From positions 174,940-238,939 of the forward strand of contig JBAZBY010000001.1 of assembly GCA_041671225.1 (NCBI GenBank): a stretch of DNA of 64,000 bases. The letters are read 5' to 3'. This stretch comes from Patescibacteria group bacterium (GTDB lineage Bacteria; Patescibacteriota; Patescibacteriia; JBAZBY01). Of this stretch, positions 1-11,266 are shown in pieces. The notes under the pieces were generated by a model. It worked only from the letters and a program-made list of their open reading frames with translations, ran no database searches and was not told the origin of the DNA. Position numbers and translations under genes: made by a program. Every line of letters starts with the position of its first letter. The stretch's first letter is position 1.

Positions 1-1140
<1,140 letters not shown>

Positions 1141-1152
1141 TCAGTGTGTTAC

Positions 1153-1443
1153 TTATTGGATCTTTGCGAGAATGTCTTCTTCAGAGAGAATGAGATATTC
1201 TTCTCCGTCGATCTTCACTTCGTCCGGGCCGTACTTCTTAAAGACGACCTTTTCTCCCACGGCAACGCTCAGCGGAGCGCGCTGGCCGTTTTCGAGGAGC
1301 TTGCCTGAGCCAACGGCGATAACTTCGCCCTGTTCCGGCTTTTCTTTCTCTGCGGTGTCCGGAAGTACGATACCGGACTTCGTGACCTCTTCTTTTGAGA
1401 GGCCTTTTACGACGATACGATCGCCTAATGGTTCAAGCTTCAT
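1153..1443 (-). CDS. groS: Co-chaperonin GroES (Cpn10)
   Basis: 96 aa, [13 protein letters not shown]...[24 protein letters not shown], the typical GroES signature, immediately upstream of groEL. Confidence 0.95.
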   Translation of the reverse strand: MKLEPLGDRIVVKGLSKEEVTKSGIVLPDTAEKEKPEQGEVIAVGSGKLLENGQRAPLSVAVGEKVVFKKYGPDEVKIDGEEYLILSEEDILAKIQ

Positions 1444-1501
1444 AGCGAGACTTTACGTCAATAATACTAGGAAATAAATTGATTTTCCCTCCTTCGCGAG
1501 T

Positions 1502-1528
1502 CTAGCACTCAAAGGGTCTGAGTGCTAA
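1502..1528 (-). promoter_or_regulatory. CIRCE operator (HrcA binding site) in the groES leader
   Basis: Sequence CTAGCACTC-N9-GAGTGCTAA matches the CIRCE consensus TTAGCACTC-N9-GAGTGCTAA, located between the predicted promoter and groES. Confidence 0.8.
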
Positions 1529-1539
1529 GCGCAGAGAAC

Positions 1540-1567
1540 ACTGTACCATACGCAGAAGGCTTGTCAA
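1540..1567 (-). promoter_or_regulatory. Putative sigma70-type promoter of groES-groEL
   Basis: Minus-strand TTGACA (complement of 1562-1567), 16 nt spacer, TACAGT (complement of 1540-1545), directly upstream of CIRCE. Confidence 0.5.
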
Positions 1568-1601
1568 CCCAAACAGACCCCTGGTGTAAAGGGGGGGGTG
1601 T

Positions 1602-1637
1602 GGGAGGGGTCCGTGCGGGTTGGCATGGACCCCTCCC
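1602..1637 (-). terminator. Perfect 11-bp inverted repeat (GGGAGGGGTCC..GGACCCCTCCC) just downstream of the lipoprotein gene; likely terminator and island boundary
   Basis: Stem-loop visible directly in the sequence next to a G8 run. There is no clean U-tract. It sits at the GC-content transition. Confidence 0.4.
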
Positions 1638-1654
1638 TGGTGAAGAAACGGGCG

Positions 1655-2569
1655 CTACGAGCCGCCCATCTCGTTGATCGCCTGCGCGTAGAAGGCGTGG
1701 AGGAAATGGATGTCCGTCTTCATCGCCGCGTCAGGATCCGTGATGCGATCCTCAATGGCCAGCATGTTGGCGTCCACCGTGAGCTGGGTGAGCATCGCAT
1801 TCATGTTGTTCAGATCCATGGTGCCAAGCAGCGTGTTGATGAGCTGCACATCACCCGGCACCTCGCCGAGGATGTATGAGGTGGGATCCTGCCCGTCCTC
1901 TTTGGCAACGCGCTTGCGTGCCGCGATGCTCTCCTGAACGAGCGTCAACCATCCACCCTTCGTGTACTCGTTGAGGACGCGGCTGGTGATGGAGTGGGCA
2001 CGGTACTCGCCGTAGAGCCATTCCGGTGTCAGCGGTTCGCTCAACGGCTCATTGCCGGAAAGCCAGTCCGCTGCGTGCACCAGCTCGTGCGCGAAGTACA
2101 AACCCTTCACCAGCGGGCTGAAGCGCGTCTCATGCAACAGCATCCGGCTGCTATCCATATCAAACGACACCGCGACGTATGTCTCATTGGCGCCGTGTTC
2201 CCGGGGTTGGGGCTCGGCGACAATGAAGAAGGGCGTGCTGGACGTGGGCACCTCCATCACCGAGAACGTCTGGTTGTCGATGAAGTGAGCCTTCATGGCG
2301 TTCTGCTGATAGAATTCCAGCAGGCCCTTTGCCGTAGGGCTCTTGGTTGCGAGCTGCGCCAGCGCGTCCTCCATGGACGTGATGATACGCAGCTCCTCGG
2401 ATGTGATGGACGTGGAGGTGTCCGGTTCCACCGGGCCGGCCTTCTGGAGCTCGCTCAAGATATTGTCGGACAGGGGCTGCGCCTTGGCAGTGGTGTCCGC
2501 CTTATGGCAGCCGACGAAACAGGCGGCGACGAACAGCGCGAGAACGAGAATCGTGCGCGGGAGTTTCAC
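1655..2569 (-). CDS. Hypothetical lipoprotein with HExxH (FAHELVHAADW) zinc-metallopeptidase-like motif; high-GC gene
   Basis: 304-aa ORF with N-terminal signal peptide and lipobox (LALFVAACFVGC). GTG start at 2569 preceded by AGGAGGG at 7 nt. HELVH motif present. GC clearly higher than neighbouring groESL. Confidence 0.65.
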   Translation of the reverse strand: MKLPRTILVLALFVAACFVGCHKADTTAKAQPLSDNILSELQKAGPVEPDTSTSITSEELRIITSMEDALAQLATKSPTAKGLLEFYQQNAMKAHFIDNQTFSVMEVPTSSTPFFIVAEPQPREHGANETYVAVSFDMDSSRMLLHETRFSPLVKGLYFAHELVHAADWLSGNEPLSEPLTPEWLYGEYRAHSITSRVLNEYTKGGWLTLVQESIAARKRVAKEDGQDPTSYILGEVPGDVQLINTLLGTMDLNNMNAMLTQLTVDANMLAIEDRITDPDAAMKTDIHFLHAFYAQAINEMGGS

Positions 2570-2699
2570 GGGAATGCCCTCCTGTGGGTATGTGAAGGTG
2601 CAGCGCTCGCAACTGCAACCTTCAGAAATGAATGCAGGATGGTTGTTATGCGAGACTAGCCACCCTAATGCAAAATTGCCTTTTTGTCAATAGAAAGGC

Positions 2700-2728
2700 T
2701 TGTCAAGAAGCCCGGGGGATGCTATAAG
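2700..2728 (+). promoter_or_regulatory. Promoter of the GNAT gene (TTGTCA-17-TATAAG)
   Basis: TTGTCA at 2700-2705, 17-nt spacer, TATAAG at 2723-2728. GGAGGG Shine-Dalgarno precedes the ATG at 2790. Confidence 0.5.
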
Positions 2729-2789
2729 TGCTTCAACCACACTCGGTGGTTGGTCTTTTAGGATCTTTCATGCACAGGAGGGTACACGC

Positions 2790-3320
2790 ATGATTGAGCA
2801 CGCTCCGGAAGCACCAGTTGTACTGGATTACACCGCATTCGCGGAGTTTGCCCGCAGCAACGGCTGCGGCGTCACGCTGCTGGGCGACCTTATCGTGGAG
2901 GTCTTTGGCCTCAAGGATGTGCCGGGCACCTGCCGGGCAATCCGCCAGAAGATCCACCGGGGTCACCGCTACCTCGTAAGTGTCTCGCCGGAGGGTCGGC
3001 CTACGGGCTATGCCAGCTGGCATCCGCACATCACCCGTCGGGAGAACTTCTGCATGGAAGTCGCCGAAATCGGCGTGCATCCGGACTTCCGGAACGCGGG
3101 CCTCGGCGCTTTGCTCCTCCAAGCGGCGGAAAACGAAGCGCTCGCCCAAGCGAAGGCAGACGGTAAAGGCAAACCCATCGTGGTCTACGCCTACGTCCGT
3201 GAGGACAACCCCGATGCTCTGCGCTTCTGGAAGAGGCATGGCTTCGCCATCGCAGGGACGGAACCCTTCCCGCTCATTCCTGAGGTCAACATCAGTATGT
3301 GCGTCAAGACGCTCTTCTAG
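2790..3320 (+). CDS. GNAT-family N-acetyltransferase (high-GC)
   Basis: Motif A-like EIGVHPDFRNAGLGALLLQAAE and C-terminal RFWKRHGF. Start chosen at the internal ATG (2790) with an SD; the track ORF begins at 2700. Confidence 0.75.
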   Translation: MIEHAPEAPVVLDYTAFAEFARSNGCGVTLLGDLIVEVFGLKDVPGTCRAIRQKIHRGHRYLVSVSPEGRPTGYASWHPHITRRENFCMEVAEIGVHPDFRNAGLGALLLQAAENEALAQAKADGKGKPIVVYAYVREDNPDALRFWKRHGFAIAGTEPFPLIPEVNISMCVKTLF

Positions 3321-3384
3321 GCATCGCCGCCTACATGTTTTCCTTAACCCGGGGGTCGTCCACGACGATCTCCGGCTTCCCTTT

Positions 3385-4338
3385 TTATTCCACAAACTCC
3401 CGCAAGCGCGAAAGATGCCGCTCACGGAATTCATCTCTGCGATCCGTCTCGTGAAACTTCAATATCGTATCAGAAATAACAACGGCACTTCCCTCTTCTT
3501 GTGAACGGGATTGCGTGTTTTGGTCAAAACGCTGCATCTGCTGCTTCTGTGCATGTGCCTCAAGCACATGGCCAAACCACGTCTTGCCAAAAAGTTTTTC
3601 CAGCAAGCGCTTCTTCAACGTCATAAGGCCCCCGAGCTCCATAAGCCGAACGCGCTTATCTTCTGTGAACGCATTGGGCAGGTGATGCTTCACCCAACGG
3701 TTCGCAAAATAAAAAAGTTCCAGTGTTTGATGGTCGCTGTAGAGCGGCGTGAGCCATTCATGCCAATACGTGAGATATGGGTCTTCACCGGGAATCTTCA
3801 AATGCTCAAGTGAAAGCTGTTTATCGCTGATGTAAAAAGAGAGACAGGCACGGTCTTGCACATGGATACCATGCCGACGAAGATGAAAAAGGTCGAGGAT
3901 CATCGTAATGAACCAGCGCGCGAGAAACATGCGTCCATGCTCAATAACAATAAAGAGGTCAATGTCACTGTCCTCTTTCGCGTTGTGGTAACTCACCGTG
4001 TTCACCACGGCAACCATGCGCACGAATGGCAGCCACGAAATAAGCCTCGTGGCTTTTTCCGCGATCATCCACTTGGGCGAGGTAACCGCAAAACGATGAC
4101 GGCGGGTCGCGACGATATCTTCTCTTCCCCGAACATGCCAGAACACATCGGTCTTCACGATATGTGGCGCAAGTGTACCGCTCATCAGCACGCGTTCAAT
4201 ATCCTGCACGGTAGCATCCTGCTGCAACGGCTCCCGCACATATAAAAAACGGCTAATTTCCCGCGGTGTGAGCGGGTAACTTACCACATCAAACCATGCG
4301 ATGGTGTTCACAATTGCCTGTTCAAGTGGGGTTCTCAT
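3385..4338 (-). CDS. Hypothetical protein with minimal nucleotidyltransferase-like motif (VSYHNAKEDSDIDLFIV) and a possible Rx4H (HEPN-like) motif
   Basis: 317-aa ORF of backbone GC. A GS..DxD-like segment resembles Pol-beta superfamily NTases; RWVKHH occurs later. Assignment is tentative. Confidence 0.5.
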   Translation of the reverse strand: MRTPLEQAIVNTIAWFDVVSYPLTPREISRFLYVREPLQQDATVQDIERVLMSGTLAPHIVKTDVFWHVRGREDIVATRRHRFAVTSPKWMIAEKATRLISWLPFVRMVAVVNTVSYHNAKEDSDIDLFIVIEHGRMFLARWFITMILDLFHLRRHGIHVQDRACLSFYISDKQLSLEHLKIPGEDPYLTYWHEWLTPLYSDHQTLELFYFANRWVKHHLPNAFTEDKRVRLMELGGLMTLKKRLLEKLFGKTWFGHVLEAHAQKQQMQRFDQNTQSRSQEEGSAVVISDTILKFHETDRRDEFRERHLSRLREFVE

Positions 4339-4443
4339 AGCACGTTACTGTAGCAGGAGTGTGCAAAACAGGGCAAGTGTTTTACCCTTCGAGACCCTTC
4401 AACTTGTCACTCCGCTCCTCGCTCAGGACACCTCAGCGTGACA

Positions 4444-7407
4444 TCACTTCATCAGCGGCTTCAAATACTGCCCGGTATAGCTTTCCTTCACCTTCGCAAT
4501 ATCACGCGGGGTGCCCTTTGCAACCACGGTTCCGCCAGCATTGCCGCCCTCTGGACCCATGTCGATGATCCAATCTGCGGACTTAATCACGTCCAAGTTG
4601 TGCTCAATAATGAGCAGCGTGTTGCCTTTATCTACGAGCTGATTGATGACATGCAACAAACGCTTCACATCATCAAAGTGCAAACCAGTGGTGGGTTCAT
4701 CCAATATATAGAGCGTCTTGCCGGTTGCGCGGCGGGAGAGTTCCGTTGCCAGCTTCACGCGCTGCGCCTCACCGCCAGAAAGCGTCGTTGCGGATTGGCC
4801 AAGATGGATATACCCAAGACCAACATCGTTCAGTGTTTTAAGTTTTTGCTTGACCGGAGGAATGTGCGAAAAAAAATGCAATGCTTCTTCTACGGTCATG
4901 TCCAAAACATCAGCGATGGTCTTCCCTTTATAATGGATCTCCAAGGCCTGCGGGTTATAGCGTCGGCCCTTGCACTCCTCGCATTCCACATACACATCGG
5001 GCAAGAAGTGCATCTCGATCTTCACGAGGCCATCGCCTTCACAGGTTTCACAGCGTCCGCCTTTGACGTTAAAGGAGAAGCGCCCGGGGCCATAGCCGCG
5101 CATCTTCGCTTCCGGCACCCGCGCGAACAGATCCCGGATATACGTGAACACGCCGGTGTACGTTGCCGGATTTGAACGCGGCGTGCGCCCTATGGGAGAC
5201 TGATCGATCGTGATGACTTTATCAAGATGTTCCAATCCTTTAATTTCTTCGTGCTTGCCTGGCGCGTCTTTTGCGTTATGAAAGTGCTGCGCGAGCGCCT
5301 TCGCAAGGATGTCGGTCATGAGTGTTGATTTTCCGGAACCGGAAACGCCGGTGATGCAGTTAAAAAGGCCGAGCGGAATATCCACGTCTACTTTTTTAAG
5401 ATTGAACTCTTCCGCACCTTTGATGGTAAGCATCTTGCCATTCCCCTTGCGGTACTGCTTGGGCGTTGGAATGGATTTTCTGCCAGAAAGATACTGTCCG
5501 GTGATGGAATCCTTCACCTTTGCAATTTCCTCCGCAGTGCCCTGCGCCACAACGCAGCCGCCGTGTTCCCCAGCACCAGGGCCGATATCAATAACCTGAT
5601 CAGCGGCATGCATGGTATTTTCATCATGCTCAACCACCAACACCGTGTTGCCGAGGTCCCGGAGATTCTCAAGCGTCTTGATGAGCTTGTCGTTATCGCG
5701 CTGGTGCAGGCCGATGGACGGTTCATCAAGAATATACACAACGCCCACAAGCGAGGAGCCGATCTGCGTGGCCAAACGGATACGCTGCGCTTCCCCGCCG
5801 GCAAGCGTGGAGGCGGTACGATCCAGCGTCAGATAATCCAAACCGACGTTGTGCAAAAATTCCAGGCGCGCGCGGATCTCCTTCAAAATCTGCTCGGCGA
5901 TCTTGTGTTCTGTCTTCGTCAGTTTTTTCTCACCCTTACCTTCAGAGAGTTCTGCGAAGAAAACGCGTGCATTATCAATGCTGAAGTTGGCAACATCCGC
6001 AATATTCTTGCCCGCAACGGTCACGCCCAGCGCTTCTGGCTTGAGGCGTCGTCCTGCGCAGGTCGGGCACGGCTTCACGCGCATATAGCGCTCGATCTCC
6101 GCGCGGACGTAATCTGATTCCGTTTCATTATAGCGACGGAGAAGATTGGGAAGCACGCCTTCATACTTTGCCGTGTAATCGCCGGAAAATCGCTCACCGT
6201 CCATCGACATGGTGTATTCATTCTCAGATCCGTTCAGCACGATATCCAACTGCGCCTTGGTGTACTCCTTCACGGGGGTATTCAAATCAAAACCCTCAGA
6301 CGCGCCAACCGCTTCCAGCATCCGCATATACCACGATTGGTTTGAAGAAGAACGGCTCCAGGGACGGATGGCGCCTTCTGCAATAGTGAGCTTCCTATTG
6401 GGAATCACTAATGCATCATCCACCTCGAGCTTGGTGCCAATTCCCGTACAGTCAGGGCATGCTCCATGCGGCGTATTAAAAGAAAAATTGCGGGGCTCGA
6501 TATCCTCCAATGAAACACCATCAACCGGGCAAGAAAACTTCTCAGAAAAAAGATGGTCTTTCTTGTTGTCTGTCTCGGTGATGATAACGAGGCCGTCGCC
6601 ATAATCCAACGCGGTCTCAAGTGAATCAATAATGCGCGGCTTGTCGTTCTCGCTCTTTTCCTGATCGTCCACACCGATAGTGACGCGGTCAACCACTACT
6701 TCAATATTGTGCTTCCGCTTTTTGTCGAGCTCCTTATCGAGCGCTTCCTCGATGGAAATGATATCTTCATCAATGCGCACGCGCACATAACCGGCCTTTT
6801 GCGCTTCTTCCAAGAGCTTGCGATGCTCCCCTTTTTTGTCCCGGATCATTGGAGACAAAATGGCGACGCGCGTTTTTGCGGGAAGCTTCAAGATATGCCC
6901 AGCCATCTGCTGGACGCTCTGTTTTTCTACTGACCGACCGCACACGGGGCAATGCGGCGTGCCAACGCGTGCAAATAACAGACGGAGATAATCATAAATC
7001 TCCGTGACCGTGCCCACTGTTGAACGCGGGTTATGTGAAGTGGACTTCTGGTCGATGGAAATAGCCGGGGAAAGCCCGTCGATCTGGTCCACGTCCGGCT
7101 TGTCCATGAGACCCAAAAACTGCCGCGCGTATGCGGAGAGCGATTCTACATATCGACGCTGGCCTTCTGCATAAATGGTGTCGAAGGCGAGCGAAGACTT
7201 GCCGGAACCGGAAAGGCCGGTAAGCACCACCAATTTATCCCGCGGAATATCAATGTTGATGTTCTTCAGATTGTGTACGCGCGCACCGCGAACCGAGATC
7301 ACGTTTGCGGGGGCCACGCCCGCAACGCCATGCAAACCCGGCTTGCGTAGCGGGCGGGTGGCCAGGGCATTTTTATGAGAAGATGGGGAAATTTTTTTCT
7401 TTGACAT
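4444..7407 (-). CDS. uvrA: Excinuclease ABC subunit A
   Basis: 987 aa with tandem ABC ATPase signatures ([36 protein letters not shown]; [10 protein letters not shown]) and zinc-finger Cys clusters. Confidence 0.97.
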   Translation of the reverse strand: MSKKKISPSSHKNALATRPLRKPGLHGVAGVAPANVISVRGARVHNLKNINIDIPRDKLVVLTGLSGSGKSSLAFDTIYAEGQRRYVESLSAYARQFLGLMDKPDVDQIDGLSPAISIDQKSTSHNPRSTVGTVTEIYDYLRLLFARVGTPHCPVCGRSVEKQSVQQMAGHILKLPAKTRVAILSPMIRDKKGEHRKLLEEAQKAGYVRVRIDEDIISIEEALDKELDKKRKHNIEVVVDRVTIGVDDQEKSENDKPRIIDSLETALDYGDGLVIITETDNKKDHLFSEKFSCPVDGVSLEDIEPRNFSFNTPHGACPDCTGIGTKLEVDDALVIPNRKLTIAEGAIRPWSRSSSNQSWYMRMLEAVGASEGFDLNTPVKEYTKAQLDIVLNGSENEYTMSMDGERFSGDYTAKYEGVLPNLLRRYNETESDYVRAEIERYMRVKPCPTCAGRRLKPEALGVTVAGKNIADVANFSIDNARVFFAELSEGKGEKKLTKTEHKIAEQILKEIRARLEFLHNVGLDYLTLDRTASTLAGGEAQRIRLATQIGSSLVGVVYILDEPSIGLHQRDNDKLIKTLENLRDLGNTVLVVEHDENTMHAADQVIDIGPGAGEHGGCVVAQGTAEEIAKVKDSITGQYLSGRKSIPTPKQYRKGNGKMLTIKGAEEFNLKKVDVDIPLGLFNCITGVSGSGKSTLMTDILAKALAQHFHNAKDAPGKHEEIKGLEHLDKVITIDQSPIGRTPRSNPATYTGVFTYIRDLFARVPEAKMRGYGPGRFSFNVKGGRCETCEGDGLVKIEMHFLPDVYVECEECKGRRYNPQALEIHYKGKTIADVLDMTVEEALHFFSHIPPVKQKLKTLNDVGLGYIHLGQSATTLSGGEAQRVKLATELSRRATGKTLYILDEPTTGLHFDDVKRLLHVINQLVDKGNTLLIIEHNLDVIKSADWIIDMGPEGGNAGGTVVAKGTPRDIAKVKESYTGQYLKPLMK

Positions 7408-7584
7408 CAGATTTTATATACTCCACCAAAGGCGGATTGCCTTAAAAAATAGTAGGTGGGCAAAAAGGCCGAACCAGTCTATCACGCGTGTCAAGATGCG
7501 TCAATGCGTAAGGCACGGAAAGGGAAGTTCGGGCGGCATCTCGCAGGAGACGCCGCCCGAAGGAACTTGGCCAGAACGGACATA

Positions 7585-7707
7585 TCACGCCGACGGCATG
7601 TCGTTTTCCATCCGTCGACGCTCCGCCAGACACATGAGTCGCAGGGCAAGTGCCGACAGCAGCATGCCAAGGGCAATGCCGATGAGCTCACAGGTCTCTT
7701 TGTTCAT
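7585..7707 (-). CDS. Small hydrophobic peptide (40 aa, MNKETCELIGIALGMLLSALALRLMCLAERRRMENDMPSA), below the ORF-track length cutoff
   Basis: ATG preceded by GAGGAGGTAGT (strong SD), 28 nt downstream of the stop of the 7735-8252 gene, with a single predicted TM helix. High GC. Confidence 0.3.
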   Translation of the reverse strand: MNKETCELIGIALGMLLSALALRLMCLAERRRMENDMPSA

Positions 7708-7734
7708 ACTACCTCCTCACGTGATCTCGAGGCT

Positions 7735-8252
7735 CTACGCCTTGACGTGCTCAGGGAGCGCGAAGACGGTGACCACCCCTACGGCATCCACCGCGCACTC
7801 GTGCGTGATGGGGTGTTTGCCCACCTGGTGAGCCCCCATGAGGGTCACCGCCGAGGTGAACGCTGCATCGTCGCCGCTGTCGGTGACGATGTAGCCCAGG
7901 CCGGTGAGCCCGCTGATGAGGCTCAGGGCCTGCTCGAGGTTCTCCGGCGGAAGTCCCACGGGAACGCCACCCTGCTCGAAGTGTACGAAGATCTGCGGAT
8001 AGGAACCGCAAGCGGTATCATGATCGTTGCGCCACGCCTCCGTCACCGCATACCCGCTGTGCAGAAGCTGGCTGATCACCTGGGAAATCCCCAGGCCGTA
8101 CACCGGCTCGTTCCTCTGGAGGCTCGGCCGCTCCTGAGGCGACTTGGCTGAGGTGTGCGTGTGCTTGGGAAGCAAAGCGAAGAGACCCGGCGGGACAGCC
8201 CCCATTGAGGCGAACAGAGCGCGCAGGTCCACGGACACGGGGAGTTGAGGCA
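7735..8252 (-). CDS. Hypothetical protein (172 aa, high-GC); possible Cys/His hydrolase but no confident family
   Basis: ORF 7735-8274; start chosen at MPQLPV (8252) with AAGGAGGG upstream. The antisense ORF 7456-8151 is rejected as a high-GC artefact. Confidence 0.5.
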
Positions 8253-8363
8253 TAAAGCCCTCCTTCTGTCGCACGCGTGCGACGGCTGTTCTGGCAACTT
8301 GGGGAAGAACGATTGAACTACACTCTCCTTACCGGATATCCCTCATGGTGTCAATAAGCGCGC

Positions 8364-8407
8364 TATACCCAGAACCGCTTTTGTATGAATAAGTGGCGCT
8401 GGGTATA
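8364..8407 (+). promoter_or_regulatory. uvrC promoter (TTGTAT-17-TATACT, leaderless geometry) bracketed by the palindrome TATACCCAG-N26-CTGGGTATA
   Basis: TATACT ends 6 nt before the uvrC ATG (8416). A perfect 9-bp inverted repeat spans the -35/-10 region, making it a candidate repressor operator. Confidence 0.45.
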
Positions 8408-8415
8408 CTGCACGT

Positions 8416-10194
8416 ATGGAAATCCTCCAGAAAGACCATAAAACTCTGCCCACCACCCCCGGCGTCTACCTAATGAAGGATGACAAACAGAAAATCCTCT
8501 ACGTGGGCAAGGCGATCAACCTCCGGTCGCGCATTTCTTCATATTTCCAAAAACGCGCAAGCCTTGATCCAGCAAAGGCGATGATGGTGGGTCTCGTGAA
8601 GTACATTGAAGTGATGCTTGTATCAACAGAACAAGAAGCCTTGCTCCTAGAGGCAACGTTGATAAAAAAATATCTGCCGCCATACAACGTGGTGATGCGG
8701 GACGACAAATACTACCTATACATCGCGATCGACGAGCGCGAGGAATTCCCCACGCTTCAAGAAGTACGGCGGCTGCCAAAGCACCGCATGACGGTCTATG
8801 GCCCATATGCTTCTGCTGGCGTGGTGCACCAAACACTGAAGCTGCTCAAGAATATCTTTGGCTACCGCACCTGCGAGCCGAACCAAAGCAAGGCCTGTTT
8901 TGATTATCACCTTGGGCGCTGCCGCGGCGTCTGCATCGGAAAGATCACCCCCGCGCAGTACCGCGCAGAAGTGATTCAGCCCATCAAGCGTTTTCTCTCC
9001 GGCAGGCTCTCATGGATAGAAAAGAAATTGGAAAACGACATGGCGGAGGCGGCGCACGCAAAAGAATACGAGCGTGCAGGGATGCTCCGCGACCAGCTTC
9101 ACTCCGTGCAAAAGCTTACCTCCCGCCAGGTCGCCGTGAGCGCGCAGCATATTGACGTTGATGTACTCTCGCTCGCACGTGATAAATACTGGACGGTGCT
9201 GCATCTCTTCCGCGTCCGTGAGGGCAAGATGATCGATCAAAAAGCGTTTCTCCTGAAAAACCCGGCAGAAACAGCAAGTGAAGAGATCTTTGCCGCATTC
9301 ATGGAACAATATTATGCCGGCACCGCAGACCGCCCGAAGCGCGTGCTCATGCCTGTGCTGCCAGCGAGCGCAAAAGAACTTGAAAAACTCCTTGGCATGA
9401 AGCTTACCTCTCCGCGACGCGGTGCGCTCAAACGCTTACTTGAGCAAGGCACGCTCAATGCAGACGCAGAACTTGCCCGTCGCAAATTGAACTGGGCTGG
9501 CGATGCAGAAAAGGCGCGCAAGGCGCTTGAAGAGATCTCCCGCGCGCTGAAGCTCGTCAAGCATCCCAAGCGCATTGAGACATATGATATCTCCAACAAC
9601 CAGGGGGCGCACCCCGTGGGTTCAATGATCGTCTTTGAGGACGGGCAGGCGAAGAAGGACGCATACAAAAAATTCACCATCAAAACCATCAAGGGCCCGA
9701 ACGACCCGCACATGATGGCGGAGATGCTGAGGAGACGACTCCAGCATCTTCCTGCACACGATTCCAATGCGCCGTGGCCTGCGCCGGACCTCATCATTCT
9801 TGACGGCGGCAAGAGCCAACTCGGCGTGGTGGGACCGGTCATAAAAAAACTCGCACCAAATATCCCATACGTCGGCCTCGCAAAAAAAGAAGAGGAATTG
9901 ATCGTGCCGGGACGAAGGGGAAGCATCCGCCTGCCAGAAACAAGCGAGGGGCTGTATCTCCTGCAGCGCATGCGCGATGAAGCGCATCGCTTTGCCATCA
10001 CCTTTTACCGCGGCAAGCACCGCAAGGCTGAAGAAAGGAGCATATTGGATGACATTCCCGGCATCGGGCCAAAACTCAAGAAGGGATTGCTGTTGGCGTT
10101 CGGGTCAGTGGATGGCATTCGCAAGGCGAGTTTTGCAGAGCGCGTGCGGGTTGTTGGCAAGGCAAAAGCAGAACTGCTGGAAAAGCATCTATAA
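8416..10194 (+). CDS. uvrC: Excinuclease ABC subunit C
   Basis: N-terminal GIY-YIG motif (GVYLMKDDKQKILYVGKAINLRSR), UvrBC-interaction region, and C-terminal RNaseH-like/HhH region. Confidence 0.95.
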   Translation: MEILQKDHKTLPTTPGVYLMKDDKQKILYVGKAINLRSRISSYFQKRASLDPAKAMMVGLVKYIEVMLVSTEQEALLLEATLIKKYLPPYNVVMRDDKYYLYIAIDEREEFPTLQEVRRLPKHRMTVYGPYASAGVVHQTLKLLKNIFGYRTCEPNQSKACFDYHLGRCRGVCIGKITPAQYRAEVIQPIKRFLSGRLSWIEKKLENDMAEAAHAKEYERAGMLRDQLHSVQKLTSRQVAVSAQHIDVDVLSLARDKYWTVLHLFRVREGKMIDQKAFLLKNPAETASEEIFAAFMEQYYAGTADRPKRVLMPVLPASAKELEKLLGMKLTSPRRGALKRLLEQGTLNADAELARRKLNWAGDAEKARKALEEISRALKLVKHPKRIETYDISNNQGAHPVGSMIVFEDGQAKKDAYKKFTIKTIKGPNDPHMMAEMLRRRLQHLPAHDSNAPWPAPDLIILDGGKSQLGVVGPVIKKLAPNIPYVGLAKKEEELIVPGRRGSIRLPETSEGLYLLQRMRDEAHRFAITFYRGKHRKAEERSILDDIPGIGPKLKKGLLLAFGSVDGIRKASFAERVRVVGKAKAELLEKHL

Positions 10195-10199
10195 AAAAT

Positions 10200-10235
10200 G
10201 GACGACAGCGCGGGGGAAGGATTGCGCTGTCGTCC
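10200..10235. terminator. Bidirectional terminator hairpin (12-bp perfect stem GGACGACAGCGC/GCGCTGTCGTCC) between convergent uvrC and the 10302-10889 gene
   Basis: Perfect stem; A6 run immediately upstream on plus strand, which gives a U-tract on the minus strand. Confidence 0.6.
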
Positions 10236-10301
10236 GGGGAACACCGCGGGCTTTCCGCGGAATTCATTGCGGGCTGGCCAGTGACGGCCAAGGGACAAGA
10301 A

Positions 10302-10889
10302 TCACATCTGGCACGTGGTGTCCGCGTCCTCCGCCCAGCCGAACCACGTCGTTCCCCTGTCGTCCTCAATGGGGATGAGCTCGGGGAATGCCTCTTCCTG
10401 AGGTCTGGGGATGATGAGGCTATCCACAACCGGAACGCTAAAGTACGTTCTAGTGGCGCGGTCGAGAAGAGTGACCCTCCTCATGTTGAGGCCCTGAGCA
10501 ACCTCAATGACCTGAAACGGCCTCTTGGGCAGGAGGATCCAGAACACCTCCCTTTCCCCATTTGCGTCGTGGTCATGGCAGAGCATGGGACGCTCCACAT
10601 CCCACGGTCGAACGCAAACGAGCGAATCAGGGATAACCGACGAGTGCATCTCCTCGCCCAGAGCCAGGTGGTACGTCCCACTTGGGACGCCATGCTCCCT
10701 GAACTCCTGGATGATGACGTAGTCCTCCCCGAACGGAAGTTCGCTCCCGGGCCGGCTGGGCCCGAACGAGCTCTGCCCGTCCATGATGGAACCACCCCGA
10801 GGATTGAAGGCCTGCGCCCCGATGAGGCACAGGACGATGGCCACGAGAGACAAGGTGCCTACGTGCGACTGCAAACGTGACTTTCTCAA
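10302..10889 (-). CDS. Hypothetical secreted protein (195 aa, high-GC)
   Basis: N-terminal signal peptide (LSLVAIVLCLIGAQA); no recognisable domain. The GC-rich codon composition contrasts with uvrC and secG. Confidence 0.55.
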   Translation of the reverse strand: MRKSRLQSHVGTLSLVAIVLCLIGAQAFNPRGGSIMDGQSSFGPSRPGSELPFGEDYVIIQEFREHGVPSGTYHLALGEEMHSSVIPDSLVCVRPWDVERPMLCHDHDANGEREVFWILLPKRPFQVIEVAQGLNMRRVTLLDRATRTYFSVPVVDSLIIPRPQEEAFPELIPIEDDRGTTWFGWAEDADTTCQM

Positions 10890-10977
10890 AGGTACTCCCT
10901 CCGTTTACCGTATGCCCTCCATGAGACAAACGGTCGCAACAAGCTACCGCAAAATCGCCCTTTTGTCAAGTCTTGTG

Positions 10978-11006
10978 TTGACGAAAAGCCCTATGAATGG
11001 TAGAGT
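10978..11006 (+). promoter_or_regulatory. secG promoter (TTGACG-17-TAGAGT)
   Basis: Hexamers at 10978-10983 and 11001-11006. Confidence 0.45.
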
Positions 11007-11038
11007 TGCTTCCGCAAGTTTTTACCGATTACAACGCT

Positions 11039-11260
11039 ATGGAACTTCTCATCAGTATCTCACTCATTATTGTTTCAGCATTGCTCGTAACGACCATCTT
11101 GCTCCAGCAACGGGGCTCAGGTCTTGGCGGTGCTTTTGGCGGTGACAGCTCTGCATACCACACCAAGCGTGGACCAGAAAAGGTCATTTACATTGCAAGT
11201 ATCATACTCTCAGTTGTCTTTATGCTTCTGGGTGTTGCAAACATTCTGCTCAACGGCTAA
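11039..11260 (+). CDS. secG: Preprotein translocase subunit SecG
   Basis: LLQQRGSGLGGAFGG matches the SecG LLQxGKGxGlgxxFGG signature, flanked by two TM helices. Start taken at MELLISI. Confidence 0.8.
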   Translation: MELLISISLIIVSALLVTTILLQQRGSGLGGAFGGDSSAYHTKRGPEKVIYIASIILSVVFMLLGVANILLNG

Positions 11261-11266
11261 TCCTCA

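Noticed and set aside
1994-3434. Long ORFs 1994-2659 (+), 2733-3434 (-) and others overlapping the lipoprotein and GNAT genes
   Set aside because: High GC removes stop codons, so antisense and off-frame ORFs are long. The chosen frames have SDs and signal peptides or family motifs; the alternates do not.
7456-8151. 231-aa plus-strand ORF and several Arg-rich ORFs in the 7.4-8.3 kb high-GC islet
   Set aside because: Arg/Gly/Ala-rich translations typical of wrong-frame reading of GC-rich DNA. The minus-strand gene has a proper SD and is followed by an SD-bearing small ORF.
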